36,097 nt of DNA from a virus (Duplodnaviria > Caudoviricetes), in the IMG/VR virus record IMGVR_UViG_3300013110_000030, positions 1 to 36,097 of that record. One strand, given 5' to 3'. The position numbers and the translations under genes are program-made. The notes under the pieces are model-generated. The model saw nothing but the letters and a program-made list of their open reading frames with translations, ran no database searches and was not told the DNA's origin. Positions 7,941 to 15,400 of the stretch are shown here, piece after piece; position 1 is the first letter of the stretch, and each line of letters starts with the position of its first letter.

Positions 7941-8700
7941 AATCTTAACTATTGATATTGAAACTTCCCCTAACATTGCTTATGTATGGGGGCTATGGAA
8001 ACAGAACGTAGGACTTAACATGCTTAAGGATAGGACATATGTAATGTCTTATGCGGCTAAGTGGCTAGGTTCTGATAAAGTTTTATATGAAGAAAACAGA
8101 CATGGAGATGATCGTGATCTCATTCAAAGTCTCATCGACTTACTTGATTCAGCAGATATTGTTATTGCGCATAACGCAAATAAGTTTGACCTACCAACAA
8201 TTAATGCTAGAGCAGTTGAGCATGGTATTAAGCCTCCTTCCCCTTATAAGGTTGTAGATACTCTATCTGTTGCTAAGAAACATTTCCGTTTCACTAGTAA
8301 CAAACTAGAGTTTATCGCTGATGCACTTGGTTGTGCACCTAAACTTAAACACCAACACTTCCCCGGCTTTGAGTTATGGCTTCAGTGTCTGAAGCAGAAT
8401 GATAAAGCTTGGAAGGAGATGAAGGAATACAATGTTCAAGACGTTCTCACTCTGGAAGAAGTTTATCTTAAGCTCCGCCCATGGATTAAAAACCACCCTA
8501 ACATCGGGGTGTTGGATGAGCAGGATGTACCTGTATGCCCTAAGTGCGGGGGTAGGCACATTAATTACCGTGGTTATGTTACTACTAATGTCTCCAAGTT
8601 CAGAAAGTTCGTATGTATGGACTGCGGGGGCTGGGGCAGGACTCGGTATAATGAGCTGGCTCCTGAGAAGCGAAAACAATTAACGACTAACGCATTATAA
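7933..8700 (+). CDS. DnaQ/RNase H-like 3'-5' exonuclease with C-terminal Zn ribbon
   Basis: DIETSP, AHNANKFD, YNVQDV, CPKC...CMDC. Confidence 0.88.
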   Translation: MAKILTIDIETSPNIAYVWGLWKQNVGLNMLKDRTYVMSYAAKWLGSDKVLYEENRHGDDRDLIQSLIDLLDSADIVIAHNANKFDLPTINARAVEHGIKPPSPYKVVDTLSVAKKHFRFTSNKLEFIADALGCAPKLKHQHFPGFELWLQCLKQNDKAWKEMKEYNVQDVLTLEEVYLKLRPWIKNHPNIGVLDEQDVPVCPKCGGRHINYRGYVTTNVSKFRKFVCMDCGGWGRTRYNELAPEKRKQLTTNAL

Positions 8701-9731
8701 TGGTAAGTAGAATAGATATCATAGGTCAGAATGGTAATGATGGTACACATTACCTGACACAATTACAAACACCAAAGAAGAGTTATACCTTCGACTACCC
8801 TGAGGCGTTGGCTTATGCTGACGCCCAGAACAGCATCTTCTGGACTGCTGACGAAATCAACGTAGAGAAGGACATTCAAGACATACGTGTTAATATGTCT
8901 GAAGCTGAAGCTCATGGCGTTATAACTACACTACGCCTATTCACCCTGTATGAGCTGGTAGCTGGAAGGGACTATTGGTTAAACCGTGTTATGAAACGGT
9001 TCCCACGTCCTGATATTGAGAGGATGGCCAGCACCTTTGGCTTCTTTGAACTGAATGTCCACGCCCCCTTCTACAATAAGATTAATGAAGCTCTGATGTT
9101 AAATACTGATGAGTTCTATATGTCTTATGTAGATGATCCAATGCTCAAGGAGCGGATGGACTTTGTAGAGAACATCGTTACACAGGAAAATGATCTACTT
9201 AGTCTCGGGGCGTTCTCTATGATTGAAGGAGCTGTATTATACAGTAGCTTTGCCTTCCTTAAGCACTTCCAAGCTAAGGGTAAGAACAAGCTAATGAACG
9301 TAGTCAGGGGTATTAACTTCTCAGTACGGGATGAGAACCTTCACTGTGAGGGTGGAGCTTGGCTGTATAGCCGTCTAAGAGACGAACGTATAGCTGCTGG
9401 TACATACACACCAGAGTATGACAAACTCCTCTCACAGGAGCTTACAGAGGCTGCTAGGGCTATTGCTGAACATGAGTTCCGCATAGTGGATATGATCTTT
9501 GAGAAAGGTGAGATGGATGGTATCACTGCTGAGCAGATGAAGACCTTCGTTAAGTCTAGGGTGAATCTATGCCTAGAACGTCTCAACTTAGATCCAATCT
9601 TTGAGATTCATAATAACATCATAGCTGATTGGTTCTATGAGAACATTAACGCCCCTCAGTTTAACGACTTCTTTACTGGAGTGGGTTCTTCTTATAATAG
9701 GAATTGGAATGAACAAGGATTTAAATGGTAG
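8700..9731 (+). CDS. nrdB: class I ribonucleotide reductase beta subunit
   Basis: FWTADEI, ELNVHAPFY, EGAVLYSSF, RDENLH diiron-type motifs; C-terminal DFF...Y. Confidence 0.95.
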   Translation: MVSRIDIIGQNGNDGTHYLTQLQTPKKSYTFDYPEALAYADAQNSIFWTADEINVEKDIQDIRVNMSEAEAHGVITTLRLFTLYELVAGRDYWLNRVMKRFPRPDIERMASTFGFFELNVHAPFYNKINEALMLNTDEFYMSYVDDPMLKERMDFVENIVTQENDLLSLGAFSMIEGAVLYSSFAFLKHFQAKGKNKLMNVVRGINFSVRDENLHCEGGAWLYSRLRDERIAAGTYTPEYDKLLSQELTEAARAIAEHEFRIVDMIFEKGEMDGITAEQMKTFVKSRVNLCLERLNLDPIFEIHNNIIADWFYENINAPQFNDFFTGVGSSYNRNWNEQGFKW

Positions 9732-11416
9732 CGATATACGACCATCTATCTGAGGAAAGAAAACAATTACAGGAGGAGGGTTATCTTCCTGAATGGTTCA
9801 CCACTGGTGGCTGGCAATTATTTAAAGAGAAATATCTACATGAAGCAGTTGGTATCAAGGACACGTATGAGCGTATTGCTAAAACGGCAGCTCGTCATAC
9901 GGACGATCCTGATGCTTGGGCTAGTAGGTTTTTTGATGTTATGTGGAACGGGTGGCTTGCTCTTAGCACTCCTGTCCTCAGTAACATGGGCACAAATAAA
10001 GGTACTCCTGTAAGTTGTTCAGGTCAGTACGTAGGAGACAGCATTGATTCATTTTATAAGGCATATCATGAAACCGCAATGCTTACCAAGAATGGTTTTG
10101 GTACTAGTGGTTACCTTGGTGATATTCGGCCTCGTGGTTCGGGGATTTCCACGGGAGGTAAGGCCTCAGGAGTCTTACCAATCATTAAGCATTTCGTACA
10201 AGACATGCGTGATGTTGCACAAGGGACGTCTCGTAGAGGCGCTTGGGCAGGTTACTTGCCCATTGACCATGGTGACTTCTTTGAAGTAGTAGACTATGTT
10301 GAGAACTATCCTGACGACCTTAATATTGGTTGGAATATTAGTAATACTTTCGTTGAAAGATTACAGCATGGAGATGAAGATGCTGTACACAGATACCAAC
10401 GAGCATTAAAGGTTAAGGCTGTAACTGGTAAAGGTTACTTCAACTTTATTGATAAGATGAATGACGCATCACCACAGATGTACAAGGACAAAGGTTTAAC
10501 TGTTAAAGCTTCAAACCTATGTACTGAGATTGCTTTATTCAGTGATGAAGAGAACACTTATACATGTGTATTAAGTTCTATGAACTTGACTAAGTATGAT
10601 GAGTGGAAAGATACTGACGCTGTGTTTGTATCTACAGTTTTCTTAGATTGTGTAGCTCAGGAGTTTATTGAACTAGGAAAGGATATTCCCGGTTTAGAAT
10701 CCTCTGTACGCTTCACAGAGAAAGGTAGGGCCTTAGGGCTAGGGGCATTAGGTTTCCATACCTACCTTCAACAGAAGGGGATTGCTTTTGAATCATTTGA
10801 AGCGCATATGCTTAATCGTCAAATCTTTAAGTCTATCAGTGACCAATCTCATGAGGCATCTGTATGGATGGCTGAGGTGTTTGGTGAGCCTGAATGGTGT
10901 GAAGGTTATGGCGTTCGTAATACTCATACTATGGCTATTGCCCCTAATACTTCTAGCGCTCTTATTTGTGGTGGTGTTTCTCAAGGTATTGAACCGATTG
11001 TAGCTAACGTCTATAATCAATTAACATCAGCAGGTGAGATTAGTAGGGTTAACCCTGTGTTTATGGAGTTTGCTAAGGAGAGGGGTAAGTGGAATGAGGA
11101 GTTGGTTAAAGACATTATTGATCACGACGGCTCTGTTCAGCATCTTGATTGGCTCTCAGATTCTGACCGAATGGTTTTCCGTACTGCTTATGAAGTAGAT
11201 CAGAAAGCTATTGTACGTTTAGCTGCTGCAAGGCAAGAGTATATTGACCAAGCTCAATCTATCAACTTGTTCTTTGACGCAGATGAGGATGAAGCTTACA
11301 TCAGTGAGGTTCATAAGGAAGCCTTCCTAAACCCGCATATTAAATCATTGTATTATATGCGTACTAAGGCAGGTGTGGATGCCAGTAAGGGTGAATGCAT
11401 AGCTTGTTCTGGTTAA
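9725..11416 (+). CDS. nrdA: class I ribonucleotide reductase alpha subunit (short, no evident ATP cone)
   Basis: STPVLSN, VSC, QGTSRRGA, SNLCTEI, IAPNTSS, DQAQS, SLYY, C-terminal CIAC. Confidence 0.96.
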   Translation: MVAIYDHLSEERKQLQEEGYLPEWFTTGGWQLFKEKYLHEAVGIKDTYERIAKTAARHTDDPDAWASRFFDVMWNGWLALSTPVLSNMGTNKGTPVSCSGQYVGDSIDSFYKAYHETAMLTKNGFGTSGYLGDIRPRGSGISTGGKASGVLPIIKHFVQDMRDVAQGTSRRGAWAGYLPIDHGDFFEVVDYVENYPDDLNIGWNISNTFVERLQHGDEDAVHRYQRALKVKAVTGKGYFNFIDKMNDASPQMYKDKGLTVKASNLCTEIALFSDEENTYTCVLSSMNLTKYDEWKDTDAVFVSTVFLDCVAQEFIELGKDIPGLESSVRFTEKGRALGLGALGFHTYLQQKGIAFESFEAHMLNRQIFKSISDQSHEASVWMAEVFGEPEWCEGYGVRNTHTMAIAPNTSSALICGGVSQGIEPIVANVYNQLTSAGEISRVNPVFMEFAKERGKWNEELVKDIIDHDGSVQHLDWLSDSDRMVFRTAYEVDQKAIVRLAAARQEYIDQAQSINLFFDADEDEAYISEVHKEAFLNPHIKSLYYMRTKAGVDASKGECIACSG

Positions 11417-11446
11417 GGGACTTTTTCTATTATACGTGATATATTA
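11417..11446 (+). promoter_or_regulatory. candidate phage-sigma promoter GGGACT-N16-ATATATTA
   Basis: identical boxes and spacing to the element at 28968-28997; intergenic and oriented into the downstream gene. Confidence 0.7.
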
Positions 11447-11475
11447 ATAGTGTGTCTATGTTAAGGGTATATTAC

Positions 11476-11919
11476 ATGTTAGAAAGGTTTGAAAATAAAT
11501 ACATAAAAATGGAGAATGGTTGTTGGGAGTGGCAAGCGGCTAAGCACGAAAGAGGTTATGGCTACTTTTATACCCCATCACACTACTCTAAACGTAAAAT
11601 GGACTTTGCCCATAGGGTGTCTATGTTTTTATATAAAGGGGAAAAGCATGATGATTTATGTGTTATGCATAAGTGTGATAACCCCAGTTGTGTTAACCCC
11701 GCCCACCTACATTGGGGAACTCATGAAGATAATATGAAAGATATGGCATCTAAAGGGAGGTCTGTGCAAACCCATCAAGTGATGTTTGAGGATGATATAG
11801 AGGAGGCTTACGATATGAAAATGAAAGGTATTATGGTTAAAGACATAGCTGAGTATTTTGGTATCAGTAGGTCACAAGCTTCTAGGGTTTGGCGGAAGAG
11901 TAAAAGGTATGAAGGCTAA
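11476..11919 (+). CDS. free-standing HNH homing endonuclease with C-terminal HTH
   Basis: GCWEW...GYG...AHRVS...VMHKCDNPSCVNPAHL.WGT..DN; KDIAEYFGISRSQASRV HTH; AAGGG before ATG 11476. Confidence 0.9.
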   Translation: MLERFENKYIKMENGCWEWQAAKHERGYGYFYTPSHYSKRKMDFAHRVSMFLYKGEKHDDLCVMHKCDNPSCVNPAHLHWGTHEDNMKDMASKGRSVQTHQVMFEDDIEEAYDMKMKGIMVKDIAEYFGISRSQASRVWRKSKRYEG

Positions 11920-11933
11920 CAGGAGATATGGTT

Positions 11934-12332
11934 ATGAAATATTTAACATTACTATTAATGCTAACATGTGTTAGTGTACATGCGGAGATTGGAATTAACT
12001 TAGGGTTCTTTACAGAACATTTGTCTAGAGACAAACCTGAGTATAATGAAGATAATGAGTTGGTTCAACTGACTTACGCAGATGAAGATGGTTATGAGTA
12101 TTCCATAGCCACTTTCTCTAACTCTCACTTTGTACGTAGTCATTTGATTGGCTGGGGTTATAGGTGGGGTAACTTCGGTTTAGGTTTAGCAGCAGTGCAT
12201 GGTTATGAAGGTTATATTACTAGTCACATAGGTGATATAATCTTTATGCCAGTAATGTCTTATGACGCTGGCCCTCTTAAGTTTAACTTCGTTGGTAACG
12301 TAGTTAGTGTTGGTGTTCAACATAAATTTTAG
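11934..12332 (+). CDS. exported outer-membrane beta-barrel protein, PagP-like
   Basis: signal peptide MKYLTLLLMLTCVSVHA; H...YNE.N, TFSNS, GWGYRW, GY pattern; alternating strands; terminal Phe; AGGAG at 11921-11925 favours ATG 11934. Confidence 0.6.
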   Translation: MKYLTLLLMLTCVSVHAEIGINLGFFTEHLSRDKPEYNEDNELVQLTYADEDGYEYSIATFSNSHFVRSHLIGWGYRWGNFGLGLAAVHGYEGYITSHIGDIIFMPVMSYDAGPLKFNFVGNVVSVGVQHKF

Positions 12333-12334
12333 AC

Positions 12335-12360
12335 AAAAGAAAAGGGGCGTAAAGCCCCTT
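12335..12360 (-). terminator. intrinsic terminator between the convergent arms (possibly bidirectional)
   Basis: AAGGGGC-gtaaa-GCCCCTT hairpin at 12342-12360 with a U-rich tail on the - strand. Confidence 0.85.
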
Positions 12361-12370
12361 ATATTACCTC

Positions 12371-13669
12371 CTATGGCACATCATTAACGATGTCTGCACT
12401 CGTCATGTTTAACATCTGGAAAATACAATTGGCTGCACTACCAGAGTCCAACAAAAATGGGTAGGTATCTCCATCCCCCATCCTCCACCAATGTACAGGA
12501 GCAGAGCTAATTAAGCTTAAATCTCTAGGAGATCCGCTATTGTATATATCTGATATGTTTGCGCTTTGGTCGCTATCCCATATAGCTAGTTCATCTACCT
12601 TACAGTTGTTACGCATTGTTTGACCATTGTTAAACCTGCCCACCCTAAAGTTTTGGGATTGTACACTGCCAGTATAACCAAAGTTATTATTTGTGTTAAC
12701 ATTAGTGCCATTCACTAATGTACCATCAATAAAGAAATTAAAACGCCCATAGTAAGCGTTTACACTTCCGCTACCTGCCCCCGTTGTACCCCCGTCATAA
12801 GTTACCATAATATGGTACCAATTGTTTGTACTTAGGCTATTTATGGCTGTAGAAAAGTTAAGCCTGTTATTACTGCTACCATAACGCATTTCTAAACGCT
12901 TCTGGTTGTTTTGCCCGTTGTACTTTATTTGGATGCAACCTTGGTTTGTTACATCTTGACTGCCAAAATAAACAATTGTTTGAGATTGATTTGTTGATGT
13001 CCCGGGCTTAAACCAAAAAGAAATAGTCCAAGCATCAGAAGACCCTGTACCATTAGTTGTACGTCCTAAAACATTCTGCAAAACACCTGCATTTGCTTGC
13101 AAATAATCGTTATTATTAAACTTCACACTCTTAGTGTTAGCAAAGGGTGGTGTACTTACTGTCAGTACAATTGTCTTGCTATCCTCACCGTTGTAGTTAA
13201 TGGCCTTTACTGGGATGTTATAAGTACCAACAGGCAAACCGCTACCACCTATCAACTTCCTTGGGTTGCCTTCAACAGTTGTAATCCCCGGAACATTCGA
13301 CAAGTCCCACTCATAACCTACACCATAATCAGCTGTAAGCTCATAGTTTACTACTGAGCCACTCACACTAGAAATAGAAAGCGTGCTGGTGATTGCAGGT
13401 ATATTCCCAGTGGGTGTACCAGAGCTAGAAAATATAGCGTTTAAAGCGTCACAAGTTTCTACAGCTGTAGTGCCATAGGGTGTGCCAGACTCATCAACGT
13501 ATTCAGCAAAGTCTATACCTGTTGTTATATCTAAACTTTTAGCTGTGTCACTTATTGAACATGTGTCGTCAGTAACTGTAGCATGTAAAGAGTTTAAAAA
13601 CTGAGCCCCGTTTGAGTCCTCTATAAATATAGCGTTAGCTGAGCTATCTTTATACACTTTTATCGTCAT
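12371..13669 (-). CDS. LamG/concanavalin A-like domain protein, probably virion-associated
   Basis: WTISFWFKP, NNWYHIMVTYDG, FFIDG, VDELAIWD, PVHWWRMGDG; Ig/cadherin-like GTYNIPVKAINYNG segment. Confidence 0.8.
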   Translation of the reverse strand: MTIKVYKDSSANAIFIEDSNGAQFLNSLHATVTDDTCSISDTAKSLDITTGIDFAEYVDESGTPYGTTAVETCDALNAIFSSSGTPTGNIPAITSTLSISSVSGSVVNYELTADYGVGYEWDLSNVPGITTVEGNPRKLIGGSGLPVGTYNIPVKAINYNGEDSKTIVLTVSTPPFANTKSVKFNNNDYLQANAGVLQNVLGRTTNGTGSSDAWTISFWFKPGTSTNQSQTIVYFGSQDVTNQGCIQIKYNGQNNQKRLEMRYGSSNNRLNFSTAINSLSTNNWYHIMVTYDGGTTGAGSGSVNAYYGRFNFFIDGTLVNGTNVNTNNNFGYTGSVQSQNFRVGRFNNGQTMRNNCKVDELAIWDSDQSANISDIYNSGSPRDLSLISSAPVHWWRMGDGDTYPFLLDSGSAANCIFQMLNMTSADIVNDVP

Positions 13670-14226
13670 TGTTTTATTACCTGAATAACTGAACCTGCGT
13701 TTACTAAAGTACCTCCAGCACTTAGCCTCACCTCCAAGCCTATCGGGTTGTCTCTTGTGTTCAAGTCCCCCATGTATATTAAGTCTGGTTCTAAAGACTT
13801 CCTGTAATTAATACCTGAGCCACTATCTAAACGGCCTACTATTTTTTCAAGTGTATAAGAGGCTGCCCCAGCTCCTAGCGTGTACCTAAACTCTAGCAAG
13901 GTGTTGTTAGTGTTTGGGTTTACAGTAAAATCATTCCTGATAAGTATAGTCGAACCTAGGGCTAGTTCGGTTGTGTCTAGCTTGCCCGTACTTGTGTCCA
14001 TTAACTCTGTAACACCACTAGGTGAATATACTTTATTAGTAAAAGCACCTAGTCCGTCATTAGGTATAGCTGTCCATGTATTTGCCAGTAACGTCACTGG
14101 GGTTGTTGAAGTTGATGTGTCATTGTAGTCAATGAATCCATTAGCCCCCGCACTCCCCGGTAACGTACCTTCCAGCGCCTCTTTGTAATACCTGTACTCC
14201 AAATCATTCAAACTTTCTAAAGGCAT
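13666..14226 (-). CDS. hypothetical beta-rich structural protein
   Basis: 186 aa Thr/Gly-rich ORF; ATGA coupling to the LamG gene. Confidence 0.7.
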   Translation of the reverse strand: MPLESLNDLEYRYYKEALEGTLPGSAGANGFIDYNDTSTSTTPVTLLANTWTAIPNDGLGAFTNKVYSPSGVTELMDTSTGKLDTTELALGSTILIRNDFTVNPNTNNTLLEFRYTLGAGAASYTLEKIVGRLDSGSGINYRKSLEPDLIYMGDLNTRDNPIGLEVRLSAGGTLVNAGSVIQVIKQ

Positions 14227-14345
14227 TATATCACACCCAATTTAGTCTTGTAATAGATTGAAGCTAACTTATTAGTACTTAACTTCGAGCTTGTTAATGA
14301 GAGTTCCTTTAGGAAGAAAGCCCTTTTAGCATCACTGATTGTCAT
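14226..14345 (-). CDS. small protein, 39 aa, not in ORF track
   Basis: GAGGGTAAGG upstream; MTISDAKRAFFLKELSLTSSKLSTNKLASIYYKTKLGVI*; TAATG coupling to the next gene. Confidence 0.6.
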   Translation of the reverse strand: MTISDAKRAFFLKELSLTSSKLSTNKLASIYYKTKLGVI

Positions 14346-14354
14346 ACCTTACCC

Positions 14355-14519
14355 TCACTTCTTCTTAGTAATTGTACCAGCTCCCATCATAGCCCTCTCA
14401 ATCTCATCTAATCGAGCCCTACGACCTTTAAGCTTCATCCTAGCATCTTCCGCTAGACCACTACCTAAGATACCACCCTTCTTCTTTTTGGCAGCTTCAC
14501 CGTTCTTCTTTTTTGGCAT
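14355..14519 (-). CDS. small highly basic protein, 54 aa, not in ORF track
   Basis: TAATG coupling with the upstream gene; MPKKKNGEAAKKKKGGILGSGLAEDARMKLKGRRARLDEIERAMMGAGTITKKK*. Confidence 0.65.
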   Translation of the reverse strand: MPKKKNGEAAKKKKGGILGSGLAEDARMKLKGRRARLDEIERAMMGAGTITKKK

Positions 14520-14848
14520 TATTTACGCACCTTTATCTCTGTAATTTTATTCCCTAACAACTCAAGCTTCTTCCCTAGATTATCCATTGTGTTGATTAAC
14601 CTATCATAGTCCCTCGTGTTGATCTTCATCCTTTCTTCCAACCTAATAATCCTTTCTTTGTTGGAATCTATACTATTTTGTAAAAGAATATCGTACTTGT
14701 CTAATTCAACTACCTTGTTAGTCAGGTTTTCTCCGATAGCGCTCATCTTTGCCATTTGAGTTTGATTGCTGACGTATGATCCTACGCCAACACCCACAAG
14801 AGTAATGACACAGATGATTGTACGGATAGTCTCCTGACTTAGACTCAT
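14519..14848 (-). CDS. single-TM coiled-coil membrane protein (holin/antiholin or i-spanin-like)
   Basis: N-terminal hydrophobic stretch IICVITLVGVGVGSYV then heptad-like region; lies in the lysis cassette. Confidence 0.55.
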   Translation of the reverse strand: MSLSQETIRTIICVITLVGVGVGSYVSNQTQMAKMSAIGENLTNKVVELDKYDILLQNSIDSNKERIIRLEERMKINTRDYDRLINTMDNLGKKLELLGNKITEIKVRK

Positions 14849-15039
14849 GACTCTTTTCCTGCCTTCTCATTCGCCTCTTTGATTTTAGCTAGGAACGCAT
14901 CATCATGTGGAGTTTTAGTGCTCTTAACAATGATGTCTGCTACATAAAACAGTAGCCATTCCATTACTTCCTTTGATGCTGCTTTAGTAATGATACTTAC
15001 CACGGTGCCTAAGGCCACCTTTAATATACCTGCAATCAT
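14845..15039 (-). CDS. small amphipathic lysis-cassette protein (holin-like)
   Basis: MIAGILKVALGTVVSIITKA...VKSTKTPHDD; starts right after the endolysin stop (ATG 15039). Confidence 0.55.
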   Translation of the reverse strand: MIAGILKVALGTVVSIITKAASKEVMEWLLFYVADIIVKSTKTPHDDAFLAKIKEANEKAGKES

Positions 15040-15040
15040 A

Positions 15041-15400
15041 TTAACCCTTCCAGCGGCCTTTGCCACTCCTCGTATCTATATGCGTGAATGTTTTATAATT
15101 ACCAATACCAAACTTGTCTGGGTATTTCCAGTCTAAGTATTGCGCAATCTCATCTGGAGCAATACCCTTGACTTGAATGTCAGCAGCACGTCCACGAACA
15201 TGGTAGGACTTGTCAGCCCCACCAACTTCCCTGTTATAATCAGGGCATCTATTCCCTGATGTGATTTTTACAGGAGCGTTGTAGGCGTCCCTTACGTCCT
15301 GTAAAACCTTTACAAGTTCTGCATCAACTGTGTCATAATCACACTCTCCGCAGTTACACTTGAATTCACTTCTACTAAAGTTATTACTCAGCTTGGTCAT
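15041..15400 (-). CDS. endolysin, peptidase M15 family Zn peptidase
   Basis: NFSRSEFKCNCG, ITSGNRC, SYHVRGRAADI, HIDTR. Confidence 0.92.
   Translation of the reverse strand: MTKLSNNFSRSEFKCNCGECDYDTVDAELVKVLQDVRDAYNAPVKITSGNRCPDYNREVGGADKSYHVRGRAADIQVKGIAPDEIAQYLDWKYPDKFGIGNYKTFTHIDTRSGKGRWKG

Noticed and set aside
8374-8762. Antisense and alternate-frame ORFs in the exonuclease; similar short nested ORFs elsewhere in the track
   Set aside because: Contained in or opposite well-supported genes, with no motifs and no convincing RBS.
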